This document shows positions 19,442 through 29,109 of a stretch of 64,000 bases of DNA, piece by piece (within the stretch, counting starts at the first letter, position 1; each line of letters starts with the position of its first letter). The stretch is from an uncultured Chloroflexia bacterium (GTDB lineage Bacteria; Chloroflexota; Limnocylindria; QHBO01): the NCBI GenBank assembly GCA_963814375.1, contig CAWFCQ010000005.1, forward strand, positions 64,001 through 128,000, in the 5' to 3' direction. The notes beneath the pieces are model-generated. The model ran no database searches. It was given only the letters and a program-made list of their open reading frames with translations, and was not told where the DNA came from. Both the position numbers and the translations under genes were made by a program.

Positions 19442-22192
19442 TCAGTCGTCGCCCCCGCCGCCGCCGCCGCCTCCGCCGCCACCGCCGCCTCCGCCGCCGC
19501 CGCCGCCGCCGCCGCCACCGCCGCCTCCGCCGCCACCGTCGTCGTCGGGCGGCGGTGTGGGTGCGGGGCTGCCGCTCGGCCGAGGCGTCGATCGCGGACG
19601 CGCGACGCGCTCTCCGCAGACGGATGGGAAGCCAGACTCGCCGTACAGCGGCGCGATCTGGAACTGGACCCGCAGGTCCTCCTGGTAGTCGGCGGGGTCG
19701 CCTCGCGCCCCGGTCTGGCCGTTGACGACGCGGTCCGACCAGGTGTCGGCGGCAGCGATCCAGCTGTCCGGCCGATCGGTCTGCGCCACGTACTGCTCGA
19801 GGTCGAGGCACCCGCGGCCGTGGACATTGTCGAGGGCCGGCACGGAGCCTTCCAGGAACGGCGCCGTGATGACGTCGCCGCATCCGTTGGTCGCCGCCAT
19901 GCCGGTCCAGCGGCAGACGTTCGCCATCACGATGCCAGCGGGCTGCGGGAAGCTCGTCTGCCCCACCGGGGTCTGGCCGTTCCAGTCCCACGGCTGGTTG
20001 AGGGCGACTTCCATGAACTCGTGCCACAGGAAGAGCGGCCCGTCGGCGCTGAAGAGGCCGCCGGAGAACTCGTTCGACATCGGCTCCTGGTTGTTGTTCC
20101 CCATCCACACGCCGGTGGTGAGGCTGCCGGGCACGTAGCCGAAGCCGGAGACGTCGCGGAAGTCGTTCGTGGTCCCCGTCTTGAAGCCTGCCGGCCGGCG
20201 CTGGCCGTCCGGGGTGTTGAGCTGGGCCCGCTCGCCCCACAGCAGGTTGCGGTCGGGATCCGTGTTGCCCTCGAGGATGTAGTGCGGCAGGTAGGCCTCG
20301 GCCTGGGTCATCGGCTCACTCACCTGCGGCCCGTTGTCCTCGCGCGTGTAGATGACGCGGTTGTCGCGGTCCCGGATCTCGATGATCGTGGTGGCGGGGT
20401 TCAGCCGGCCCTGCATCGCGAAGGTCGAGTACGCCTGGGTCATGTTCGTGAGGTTGACCGGGACCGATCCGAGCGCCAGGGAGAGGCCGGGATCCTGGCC
20501 CATGATGTACTCGGCGCTCGCGATGCCGAGCGACTCGGCGAAGTCCGCGGTCGTCTGCGACCCGACCAGGTACTGCATCTGGACCGAGGGGATGTTGAGC
20601 GAGTAGCGCAGGGCGTCCATCGCCAGCACCGGACCATGCTCCTTGATGTCGGCGTTCGTCGGCCGGTACGACCGCTCCGGCGTGATCGGCGGCAGGCCGA
20701 ACTCGGTCATCGCGTCGACGAGCATGGTCGAGACGGTTGCGTCGCGCGACTTGAAGGCCGACGCGTACGTGATCGGCTTGAAGGCGGAGCCGGGCTGGCG
20801 CCTTCCGAGGCCGGCGACGTCGAACTGGCCCTGCACCTCGGGCGCCTCGCGGTTGAAGTAGTCAACCGAGCCGACGTAGGCGACGATCTCGCCGGTCGCC
20901 GAGTCGATCGAGACCAGCGCGGAGTTGTTGACGTTGAAGCCCTGGAGCGTGTTGACCCACTTCTCGACGAGCGCGTGGGCCTGCTGCTGAAGGTCGTAGT
21001 CGAGGGTGGTGATGATCCGGTAGCCGCCGGTGCGCACCGCCGCCGCCGGATCGTCGACGCCCGGGAGCGATCCGAGGATGCGCTCGGCCTCCTGGCGCAC
21101 CCGGAAGCTGAAGTGCGGCTCCTGAAGCACGCTGACGATCCGGCCGGGATTCATCTGGGCAAACGTCGTCGCGCGAGCCTCGTTGTACTGCGCGCGGGTG
21201 ATGTAGCCCTCCTCGAGCATCGCGCCGAGGACGAGATCCCGCTCGCGCAGCGCGTCGGCGGCGCCGGCCTCCGGATCGTCGGGGTTGAAGTTCGGGTTCT
21301 GGTACGGGTCGAGGAACGACGGCGCCTGCGGCAGCGCCGCCAGGAACGCCGCCTGCGAAACGGTCAGCTGCGAGAGGTCCGGCTGCTGGAAGTAGTTCGC
21401 CGCCGCTGCGCGGATCCCATACGACCCGTTGCCGTAGTAGATGAGGTTGAGGTAGGTCTCGAGGATCTTCTCCTTGCCGGGACGGCCCGGGTAGGCGCCG
21501 GTGACCTGCATGGCCAGGATGTTCTCGCGGATCTTGTCCTCGATCTCGGTTGAGTTCTTGGGCGTCGGCGGCTGGCAGACATCCGTCTCTTCCTCGGCCT
21601 CCTCGCCCTCGGTGGCCGGCGCGTCCGGGTCGGGCACGGCGACGCTCGGCGCGGGGGTGGCGTCGGCGTCGGGCTGGACCGAGATCCCCTCCTCCTTGAG
21701 CACCCGGGCATAGTCGATCACCTGTTGGGTGATGGTCGAGGCGCCCTGCCGAATCTCGCCGGCCTCCAGGTTGACGAGAGCCGCCCGCACGATGGCCTGG
21801 AAGTCGACGCCGTTGTTCTCCCAGAAGGTGCGGTCCTCGCTCGCGACCGTCGCCTGCCAGATGTGGTCGGGCAGGTCGCCGAAAGTGACCGCCTCTCGGT
21901 TCTGGCACTCGAATCGGGCAAGCAGATGCTCACCGGAGCGGTCGTACACGTACGTCGACTCGGCCGGCTCGATCCCGGTCAGGATGTCCGGGTCGGGCAG
22001 ATCGGACGCGAAGTAGGTGTACGCCGCGAACATTCCGCCGGCGGTGCCCATAACCGACCCGACGAAGGTCAGGCCGAAAACGCCGAGGACAACGAGGAGG
22101 AACGTCGCCAGGCCGCGCCGCTGCGAGCCACGGCGCGTCGTGCGGCGCGTCATCATCAGATGACGACGCCGACGCTGGAGAGCCGGATGCAT
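19442..22192 (-). CDS. Class A penicillin-binding protein (transglycosylase/transpeptidase)
   Basis: EDRTFW, GASTITQQ, YLNLIYYG, GSAFKP (SxxK), SLN, KTGT; poly-Gly tail. Confidence 0.95.
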   Translation of the reverse strand: MHPALQRRRRHLMMTRRTTRRGSQRRGLATFLLVVLGVFGLTFVGSVMGTAGGMFAAYTYFASDLPDPDILTGIEPAESTYVYDRSGEHLLARFECQNREAVTFGDLPDHIWQATVASEDRTFWENNGVDFQAIVRAALVNLEAGEIRQGASTITQQVIDYARVLKEEGISVQPDADATPAPSVAVPDPDAPATEGEEAEEETDVCQPPTPKNSTEIEDKIRENILAMQVTGAYPGRPGKEKILETYLNLIYYGNGSYGIRAAAANYFQQPDLSQLTVSQAAFLAALPQAPSFLDPYQNPNFNPDDPEAGAADALRERDLVLGAMLEEGYITRAQYNEARATTFAQMNPGRIVSVLQEPHFSFRVRQEAERILGSLPGVDDPAAAVRTGGYRIITTLDYDLQQQAHALVEKWVNTLQGFNVNNSALVSIDSATGEIVAYVGSVDYFNREAPEVQGQFDVAGLGRRQPGSAFKPITYASAFKSRDATVSTMLVDAMTEFGLPPITPERSYRPTNADIKEHGPVLAMDALRYSLNIPSVQMQYLVGSQTTADFAESLGIASAEYIMGQDPGLSLALGSVPVNLTNMTQAYSTFAMQGRLNPATTIIEIRDRDNRVIYTREDNGPQVSEPMTQAEAYLPHYILEGNTDPDRNLLWGERAQLNTPDGQRRPAGFKTGTTNDFRDVSGFGYVPGSLTTGVWMGNNNQEPMSNEFSGGLFSADGPLFLWHEFMEVALNQPWDWNGQTPVGQTSFPQPAGIVMANVCRWTGMAATNGCGDVITAPFLEGSVPALDNVHGRGCLDLEQYVAQTDRPDSWIAAADTWSDRVVNGQTGARGDPADYQEDLRVQFQIAPLYGESGFPSVCGERVARPRSTPRPSGSPAPTPPPDDDGGGGGGGGGGGGGGGGGGGGGGGGGGGGGDD
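19451..19537 (-). repeat. GGN trinucleotide low-complexity tract encoding 29 Gly
   Basis: Mostly (GCC)n with ACC/TCC interruptions on the + strand. Confidence 0.9.
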
Positions 22193-22235
22193 CGCGCGGA
22201 GGGTAACAGCCAGGCGGGGTTCGGTCGAATCGCCC

Positions 22236-22874
22236 TCAGGGCAAGACGACGAGCAGCCGCGCGTCGAAGACCAGCGCCAGGACTGCGCCGCCCACCAGGA
22301 ACGGTCCGAACGGGATGTAGCTGCGCATGCCGACCCTTCGCGTGGCGAGCAGAATCAGGCTGGTGGCGGCCGCCAGGAATGCCGCGGCGAAGAGGGCGGT
22401 GAAGATCACCGGCCAGCCGAGCATGAGGCCGATCGGCGCCACCAGGTAAAGGTCGCCGGTCGCCAGCCCGCCGCGGATGACGAGTGCCAGCGCACCGAGG
22501 AAGGCGACGGCCGCCGCCGCGCCGATCAGCGCGTCGGTCGGCTTAACGCCCGGGTTGAACGGGACGAAGATCACGGCCAGCAGGATGAGCGGGTCGAGCA
22601 CGAGGTGCGGCAGGCGGCGCTGCTCGAGGTCGGTCGCGGTGAGGACGATGAGGAGCGCGAGCAGGACGAGATAGACCGCCGTCGCCCACCACGGCAGCTG
22701 TGAGCGCGCGACGATCGCCGCGGCCGCCGCCCCGCTGGTGGCGGCGAGGAGGAGCGTTCGGATCCCGATCGAACGGCCCTGAGCCTCCTCGGCGGGCCAC
22801 ACGCTGGCCAGCCGCTCCGCCGCGGCGCCGATGGCGCCGAAGAGAACGCCCGCCGCAGCAGCCTCGATGGTCAC
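22236..22874 (-). CDS. Prepilin peptidase A24 family protein (no Zn/methylase N-domain)
   Basis: TDLEQRRLP, GLATGD, IPFGPFL. Confidence 0.85.
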   Translation of the reverse strand: MTIEAAAAGVLFGAIGAAAERLASVWPAEEAQGRSIGIRTLLLAATSGAAAAAIVARSQLPWWATAVYLVLLALLIVLTATDLEQRRLPHLVLDPLILLAVIFVPFNPGVKPTDALIGAAAAVAFLGALALVIRGGLATGDLYLVAPIGLMLGWPVIFTALFAAAFLAAATSLILLATRRVGMRSYIPFGPFLVGGAVLALVFDARLLVVLP

Positions 22875-23042
22875 ATGTCCTCCTGTCGCGGGATGCGGGG
22901 GTGCGTCGCCGCACCACCCATCCTACGGTCGCGAGCCATCGCGACCATGGCCCGATCGTTCATCGGCGTGGCGGGCTGGCATGCGGCGTGCGTTGAGCCG
23001 GCTGCCGGCACCGGCCGGCAAACTGCACCGGGAGGAGAACTG

Positions 23043-23231
23043 ATGGACAGCGATCGCATCGAGGGCCCGCTCAAGGAAGCCGGCGGCAAGGTCAAGGAAG
23101 AGTTCGGCGATCTGACCGACGACGCCTCGACCGAGGCCGAGGGCAAGAAGGAGCAGGTCGAAGGCAACATCCAGAACGAGTGGGGCGAGGCCAAGGACGA
23201 GGTCCGCGACGCGGTCGACGACGACCGCTGA
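23043..23231 (+). CDS. CsbD family stress protein
   Basis: MDSDRIEG..KEAGGKVKEEFGDLTDD..EAEGK.EQVEG; GGAGGAG RBS. Confidence 0.92.
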   Translation: MDSDRIEGPLKEAGGKVKEEFGDLTDDASTEAEGKKEQVEGNIQNEWGEAKDEVRDAVDDDR

Positions 23232-23248
23232 GCCTCACCCGGTATTAC

Positions 23249-23278
23249 GAGAGCCCCGTCCTCCCGGGCGGGGCTCTC
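23249..23278. terminator. Probable bidirectional terminator between csbD-like gene and pepA
   Basis: GAGAGCCCCGTCC-TCCC-GGGCGGGGCTCTC hairpin between convergent genes. Confidence 0.65.
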
Positions 23279-23301
23279 CGCATGCCCTCGAGCGTCCGCG
23301 C

Positions 23302-24783
23302 TCAGGCCCGACCGGGGCTGCGCCCGAACTCGAGCGCCAGGCGGACGAGCGCCGCCACCGCCGCGCCGGTCGCACCCTTCGGCCCGTACGGCTTCTCCGC
23401 GCTGAGGTATGCGGTGCTCGCGATGTCGACGTGGACCCACGGGACGGTCACGAACTCGCTGAGGAAGATGGCGGACTTGATGAGCGAGCCGTCGCGACCG
23501 CCGGAATTGACGATGTCGGCGTGCGGCGAGTCGTAGGTGGCACGGTACTCGGTGACGAGGGGCATCTCCCAGAACCACTCCCCCGCCGATTCGGCGGCCC
23601 GGCCGACCTCCTCCCCCCACTCGCGCGGACGGGCGAAGTACGCGCTCACCTGGTCGCCGAACGCGATCGCCTGCGCCCCGGTGAGCGTGGCGACGTCGAC
23701 GATGTGGGACGCGCCCTCGCGCTCGGCCCAGGTCATGGCATCGGCGAGGATGAGCCGGCCCTCGGCATCGGTGTTCGTGACCTCGACGGTCATTCCGTTG
23801 AGCGCCTTCACCACGTCGCCGGGTCGCTGCGCGTTCCCGCCCGGCATGTTCTCGACCATGGGCGCGACTGCCATGAGCGGAGTGTCCGGCGCCAGTCGCG
23901 CAACGGTGCGAGCCGCCGCGATGACGGCGGCGGCGCCCGACTTGTCGTGCTTCATGTCGCCCATGTTCTCGGCGGGCTTGATGCTGATGCCGCCGGAGTC
24001 GAAGCAGACTCCCTTCCCGACGATGGCGAGACGACGTTCGCCGCCCTTCTTCCATCCCGGGAGCCGGACGACGACGAGACGCGGCTCGTGGGCAGCGCCC
24101 TGCCCGACGCCGAGCAGGAGGCCCATCCCGAGCTTCTCCATGTCGGACGGCTCGAGCACCTCCACGGTGCACCCATCCGCCTCCAGCTCGCGGGCGACCT
24201 CGGCCATCCGCTCGGGGTACAGGTCGTTCGCGGATCGGTTTGCGAGGTCACGGCCAAAGGCCATCCCCTCGCCGATGACGACGCCCTCGTCGAGCGCAGC
24301 CTGCTCCGCGCCGAGGACGAGCACCTCGTCGACGCTGCGCCCCATCGCATCGGTGTCACGCACCCGCCCGTAGATCGCGGTGGCCCGATACGTGCCCGCG
24401 ACTGCCCCGGCGGCCGCCGCGGCCCATGCATCGCGATCCTCGCCGTCGCGCAGCCACAGCGCCAGGCTGCGGGCGCCTCGACCATTCAGGCGCCGCGTCG
24501 CCGTCGCCGCCATCCGACGGGCGCGCCACGCTCCGCGTCCACGCGTCCCGCCGTTGAGCAGCAGCAGCTTCCCAGCCGGCAGGCTGCCGGCGTCGACGAG
24601 CGCCAGGGGATGCTCGACGGCGTTGAACTCGCCCCATCCGATCGCGTCGCTGATCGCGCCGCCCGAGGCGGAGTCCAGCTCAGCCAGGTCGCCGGTCAGG
24701 TCGGCATCCTCGCGGTAGATCGGCACCGCGAGCACATCGGCTTCGACGGTGGCAGGGGTGGCCATGACGGCGCGCACGCGCAT
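23302..24783 (-). CDS. pepA: Leucyl aminopeptidase (M17)
   Basis: VGKGVCFDSGGISIK, MKHDKSG, NTDAEGRL, ATLTGA, WVHVDIA. Confidence 0.93.
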   Translation of the reverse strand: MRVRAVMATPATVEADVLAVPIYREDADLTGDLAELDSASGGAISDAIGWGEFNAVEHPLALVDAGSLPAGKLLLLNGGTRGRGAWRARRMAATATRRLNGRGARSLALWLRDGEDRDAWAAAAAGAVAGTYRATAIYGRVRDTDAMGRSVDEVLVLGAEQAALDEGVVIGEGMAFGRDLANRSANDLYPERMAEVARELEADGCTVEVLEPSDMEKLGMGLLLGVGQGAAHEPRLVVVRLPGWKKGGERRLAIVGKGVCFDSGGISIKPAENMGDMKHDKSGAAAVIAAARTVARLAPDTPLMAVAPMVENMPGGNAQRPGDVVKALNGMTVEVTNTDAEGRLILADAMTWAEREGASHIVDVATLTGAQAIAFGDQVSAYFARPREWGEEVGRAAESAGEWFWEMPLVTEYRATYDSPHADIVNSGGRDGSLIKSAIFLSEFVTVPWVHVDIASTAYLSAEKPYGPKGATGAAVAALVRLALEFGRSPGRA

Positions 24784-24839
24784 GCTGGTTGAAGCTCCTT
24801 CGGATGGCGGATGAAGACCGGCGCGAGTATATCCGGTGG

Positions 24840-26192
24840 CTAGCGACAGTCCTTGATTCGGGCGGAGTACAGGTTCATGCGGGAGCCGCGCACGAGCTCA
24901 GTGCCGGCCGGCGGCTCCTGGTCGATGATCCCCTTCGGCTGGTCCGAGTCCTGCGCGCAGTGGACGACCCAGTCGAGATCCGCCGCGTCGGCGGCCGCGA
25001 TCGCATCGGCCGTGGCCATGCCGACGAAGTCGGGCACCGTCACGACTGGCGCCGGCGCGGGAGGCGACGACGATCGCGGCGTCGGCGACGGGTCGGACCC
25101 TGCCTCGGATCGCCCCAGATCGAGCAGCGGCACGATCACCAGGACGACCACGAGTGCGGCTGCCCCGAGCAGGAGCAACATGCCGATCACGCCCCACGCG
25201 CCGCCTCCCCGGCGTGCAGGAGGTGGAGCCGCGGCCGGCCTCGGTGGCGATGTTGGAGCTTGAGTCGGGACCGCGGGCGGGACATAGCCCTCCTCCGCGC
25301 CGGGCTGGCCCGATCGCGCGTGCGGCGTGGCGATGACCATCGTCTCGTCGGCTCGTGACTCGGCGATGGCCTCTGCCGCGGAGCCGAGCGCCGCGCTCAT
25401 GGCCTCGGCGCTGAGGAAGCGGGCACCCGGGTCGCGGCGCAGCGCCTGGAGGATCGCCGCGTCGAGCCGGCCAGGAACCCCCTCCACCAGGGTCGAGGGC
25501 GGACGGACGGCCCCGGCGGCATGCGCGGCGCTCAGCTCGTCCGGCGTCGCGCCGGCGTAGGGCAGGCGACCGGTCAGCGCCTCGTAGAGGGCGGCGCCGA
25601 GGCTGAAGAGGTCGCTCGCGGGCGTCAGCGCCTCGCCGTGCAGCTGCTCGGGCGACATTGAGCGAAGCGACCCGAGGCTGGTGTCCCCCTCTTCGCCGAG
25701 ATGGGGCGGCGTGGCGATCCCGAAGTCGATCAGCTTCGCCGGCCCGGGGCCGATCATGATGTTCGCGACCTTGACGTCGCAGTGGACGAGGCCGTGCTCG
25801 TGCACCACCCGCAGGCCCCTGAGGAGGTCCTGGCCGATGCTCAGCACCTCGTCGGGCGGGATGACGCCGCGCCGGTCGAGCTCCTCGCGCACGGTTCGGT
25901 ACTGGTCGAGCAGCTCCATCACGATGAAGTGGGCCTCGCCGTCGGTGCCCGAGTCGTAGACGTGGACGAGGCTCGGATGCGACAGCGATGCCGCCAACCT
26001 CCCCTCGTCGAGGAAGCGGGCGGTGAAGCCGTCATCGGCGGCATAGGGCTCCGCGAGGACCTTGATCGCCACGTCCCGTTCGAGGCGCCGATCGTGCGCC
26101 CGGTAGACCAGCGACATCCCCCCACGCGCCAGCAGCGTGTCGATCCGATAGCGATCCGACAGCGTCCTCCCCACCAGCGGTGCGTCCGTCAT
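24840..26192 (-). CDS. Membrane Ser/Thr protein kinase with one PASTA domain (non-RD)
   Basis: GGMSLVY, VAIK, HCDVK, DFG, SPEQ; Pro-rich linker, TM, VPDFVGM PASTA; start MTDAP at 26192. Confidence 0.9.
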   Translation of the reverse strand: MTDAPLVGRTLSDRYRIDTLLARGGMSLVYRAHDRRLERDVAIKVLAEPYAADDGFTARFLDEGRLAASLSHPSLVHVYDSGTDGEAHFIVMELLDQYRTVREELDRRGVIPPDEVLSIGQDLLRGLRVVHEHGLVHCDVKVANIMIGPGPAKLIDFGIATPPHLGEEGDTSLGSLRSMSPEQLHGEALTPASDLFSLGAALYEALTGRLPYAGATPDELSAAHAAGAVRPPSTLVEGVPGRLDAAILQALRRDPGARFLSAEAMSAALGSAAEAIAESRADETMVIATPHARSGQPGAEEGYVPPAVPTQAPTSPPRPAAAPPPARRGGGAWGVIGMLLLLGAAALVVVLVIVPLLDLGRSEAGSDPSPTPRSSSPPAPAPVVTVPDFVGMATADAIAAADAADLDWVVHCAQDSDQPKGIIDQEPPAGTELVRGSRMNLYSARIKDCR

Positions 26193-27052
26193 GGCATCCC
26201 CTCGGCGGCGATTGCCGCGCGCAGCGTTTCGAGCTGCCTCAGCTCCGACGCCAGCCGGGATAGCGGTGCAGCCGTCACCGCGTTGCCGCCCTCGGCGATG
26301 GCAATGAGCAGCGCGCGATCCGCGCTCACGGCATCCGGGCCGAGCGCGGCGACCGCCCCGGCGGCCGACTCCACCGCCGTCGCGTCGCCCCGCTGCGTCG
26401 CGGTCACGAGGTCGTCCACCGCGGCGATCATCGCATCCGTGGTATCCACCCACACCGGCAGCGTCACGACACCAACCTCCCAGGCGGCGATGGCGTCGTG
26501 GTCCTCGCGTGCGGCCGCCACGTGGTCGGCGGCGGCATCTGGGTCGCCCGACTCGAGGGCGACGAGCGCGTCCTCGAGCGACGCCGTCACCGCTTCGGCC
26601 CGCTCGCGCATCATGACGAACTCGTCGCCGGCGTCAGCCGACGCCGCCAGCTGGCCGGCGATCGAGGCGAGCGCAGCCGGGTCGGGAGCGGACGGGAGTG
26701 GCTCGGCAGCCGGCTGCCGCGCGCGGAGCGCCGACTCGAGGGCATTGCGCGCGTTGCGCGCCGCGACCGCTTCGGGTATCGCCTCGGTCACGAGCCGCGA
26801 CGCCTCGCGCAACGGCGGGCCTGGTTCGGCATCGCCGGCGACGACCCGGGCGGCACCGCGCCGGCCCTCGTCGAGCGCCGCTGCCAGCTCGAGCTCGAGA
26901 GCGTCAAGCGCAACGTCCGCGTCGGCTGTCCGCTCTCGCACGAGCGCGTCGGCGCCGGCGACGACCTCCGGCCGCGTTGCTCCCGGGCCGATCGCAGCGA
27001 TCACCACCACCCCGACGGCGGCGGCGGTGGCAGCCGACCGGGTCCCTATCAT
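26189..27052 (-). CDS. Hypothetical exported alanine-rich helical protein
   Basis: N-terminal hydrophobic segment; stop overlaps kinase start (ATGA); start uncertain. Confidence 0.6.
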   Translation of the reverse strand: MIGTRSAATAAAVGVVVIAAIGPGATRPEVVAGADALVRERTADADVALDALELELAAALDEGRRGAARVVAGDAEPGPPLREASRLVTEAIPEAVAARNARNALESALRARQPAAEPLPSAPDPAALASIAGQLAASADAGDEFVMMRERAEAVTASLEDALVALESGDPDAAADHVAAAREDHDAIAAWEVGVVTLPVWVDTTDAMIAAVDDLVTATQRGDATAVESAAGAVAALGPDAVSADRALLIAIAEGGNAVTAAPLSRLASELRQLETLRAAIAAEGMP

Positions 27053-27058
27053 GGGCCG

Positions 27059-28087
27059 ATGGACGCCGAGTCGGTGCGGGCGCTGCCGAAGGCGGAGCTC
27101 CACCAGCATCTGGATGGCTCGTTGCGGATCGAGACCGCAGTTGACCTCGCAGCCGAGATCGGCATGTCACTCGACGCGGCGACGGCCAGGGCGCGGATGG
27201 TCGGGCCGCGCCGCTGCGCCAACCAGGCGGAGCTGCTGTCGTTCTTCGACGTCCCGATCGCGCTGCTGCAGACGGGCGGGGCGCTGGAGCGCGCTGCGGC
27301 CGAGCTCGTCGAGGACCTTGCCGGTGACGGGATCCGGTATGCCGAGATCCGTTGGGCGCCCCGGCTGCACCTCGAGCGCGGCCTCTCGGTCACCGACGTG
27401 ATCGGGGCCGTGGCCCGCGGGGTCGCCCGCGCGACCTCGGTCACCGGCGCGCCGATCGTGCGGCTGATCGTGACGGCGATGCGGCAGCATCCGCCCGGTG
27501 CGAACGCCGAGCTGGCGCGTGTGGCCGGCGCGATCGGGCCGCCGGTGATCGGGTTCGACCTGGCCGGGCCCGAGGCCGCCTGGCCGGCGGCGCCGCACGC
27601 GGTCGCCTTCGCGGCGGCGGCCGACGCGGGGCTCTCGCTGACCGCCCACGCCGGGGAGACTCCCGGCAGCGCGCACGTGCGCGAGGTGCTCGACTTCGGC
27701 GTGCGTCGCGTTGCGCACGGCGTGACCGCGGCCGACGATCCGGCGCTGCTCGATCTCCTGCGCGAACGCGACATCACGCTCGATCTGTGCCCGACCTCGA
27801 ACGTCCAGGCGGGGATCGCCGCCTCCCTCGAGGAGCATCCGGTCGCGACGCTCCATCGCGCCGGGGTGAGCGTCACGATCTCGACCGACGATCGGACGGT
27901 CACCGGCACCTCGCTCAGCCAGGAGCTGGCACAGACCGCGGTTGCCCTCGGCCTGGAGCGGCGGGAGCTTGCCGAGATCGCGGTCAACGCATTCCGTCGG
28001 GGTTTCGCCGCCGATGCAGCTCTCGCGGTCGCCACCGCGGACGCCGAGCAGGCGTGGGCTGCATGGAGCTTCCCCATCACCGGCTGA
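27059..28087 (+). CDS. add: Adenosine deaminase
   Basis: LPKAELHQHLDGS, YAEIRWAP, GFDLAGPE, HAGE, HG, CPTSN, STDD. Confidence 0.88.
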   Translation: MDAESVRALPKAELHQHLDGSLRIETAVDLAAEIGMSLDAATARARMVGPRRCANQAELLSFFDVPIALLQTGGALERAAAELVEDLAGDGIRYAEIRWAPRLHLERGLSVTDVIGAVARGVARATSVTGAPIVRLIVTAMRQHPPGANAELARVAGAIGPPVIGFDLAGPEAAWPAAPHAVAFAAAADAGLSLTAHAGETPGSAHVREVLDFGVRRVAHGVTAADDPALLDLLRERDITLDLCPTSNVQAGIAASLEEHPVATLHRAGVSVTISTDDRTVTGTSLSQELAQTAVALGLERRELAEIAVNAFRRGFAADAALAVATADAEQAWAAWSFPITG

Positions 28088-28928
28088 CGCGATCCAGCAG
28101 CAGATCTCGGACGGCGGCGGGGCCGGCGGCGATCGCCTCGGGTGCTCGCTCACCGACGAGGCCTGCGGCGACGTCGGCATCGGCGACGCCGGTCAGCACG
28201 AGGATCGCGGCGCACCCGGCGCGGTGGGCGGCAACCACGTCCGCATCGGGGTTGTCACCGACCACGATGCTCTCGTCGGCCCCGATGCCGCTCGCCTCGA
28301 GGATGGCCTGGAACATCTGCGGGGCGGGCTTCCCGATCACGAGCGGAGCGACGCCCGTCGCGGTCGAGAGCGCCGCCACGATCGCGCCCGCGCCCGGCAG
28401 GAAGCCCTTCGACGTCGGATAGCGCGCATCCGCGTTCGTGGCGATGAGGCGCGCTCCGTCGGCGACCGCCCGCATGGCGATTCCCAGGCGCCGGTAGTCG
28501 ACATGGGGGTCGAGACCGACGATGACGGCGTCGAAGCGTCGGTCCAGCGCTTCCCCGGCGTGCACAGCGGCCGCCGCATCGGACATCGTCACGTCGAGGC
28601 CGGCGGCGATGAGCTCCTCGCCCATCCCATCGGCGCCGATGGCGAGGACGGTGTTGATCTCGGGTGCGTGGATGCGCAGGTGCTCCACCGTTGCCCAGGT
28701 GGAAGTCACGATCTCGTCGCTGGCTGTCGGAATGCCCATGCCGCCGAGACGCTCGACGTAGCCAGCGCGCGTCACGGTCGAGTTGTTGGTCGCGAAACGG
28801 ACGACGACGCCGCATTCATGGAGCCAGCCGACAAGCTCCGCCGCACCGGGGATCGCATCCGCCCCCCGGTAGATCACGCCGTCGAGATCGAAGATGACGA
28901 GGCGCACGCGAGCGGGCAGGTCGGACAT
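28077..28928 (-). CDS. HAD-IIA (NagD-like) phosphatase
   Basis: FDLDGV, TNNS, TNAD, GKP, VGDNPDADV. Confidence 0.92.
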   Translation of the reverse strand: MSDLPARVRLVIFDLDGVIYRGADAIPGAAELVGWLHECGVVVRFATNNSTVTRAGYVERLGGMGIPTASDEIVTSTWATVEHLRIHAPEINTVLAIGADGMGEELIAAGLDVTMSDAAAAVHAGEALDRRFDAVIVGLDPHVDYRRLGIAMRAVADGARLIATNADARYPTSKGFLPGAGAIVAALSTATGVAPLVIGKPAPQMFQAILEASGIGADESIVVGDNPDADVVAAHRAGCAAILVLTGVADADVAAGLVGERAPEAIAAGPAAVRDLLLDRVSR

Positions 28929-29109
28929 CCGGCCGATCATAGCGGTGAGGCCCGCCGGCTCGGCATGTGCCCGCTCCCCTTGAGCGCCGAGAGAGCGAGG
29001 CAGTATGATGCCGCAGATTCAGGGGCGGGCGCCCATGCCCCGTGCCCTTCGGAGGCGCCGCGAGCACTCGCGGCTGAGCGCACCCGGATTGCGGTGTGGA
29101 GGAGATTAG

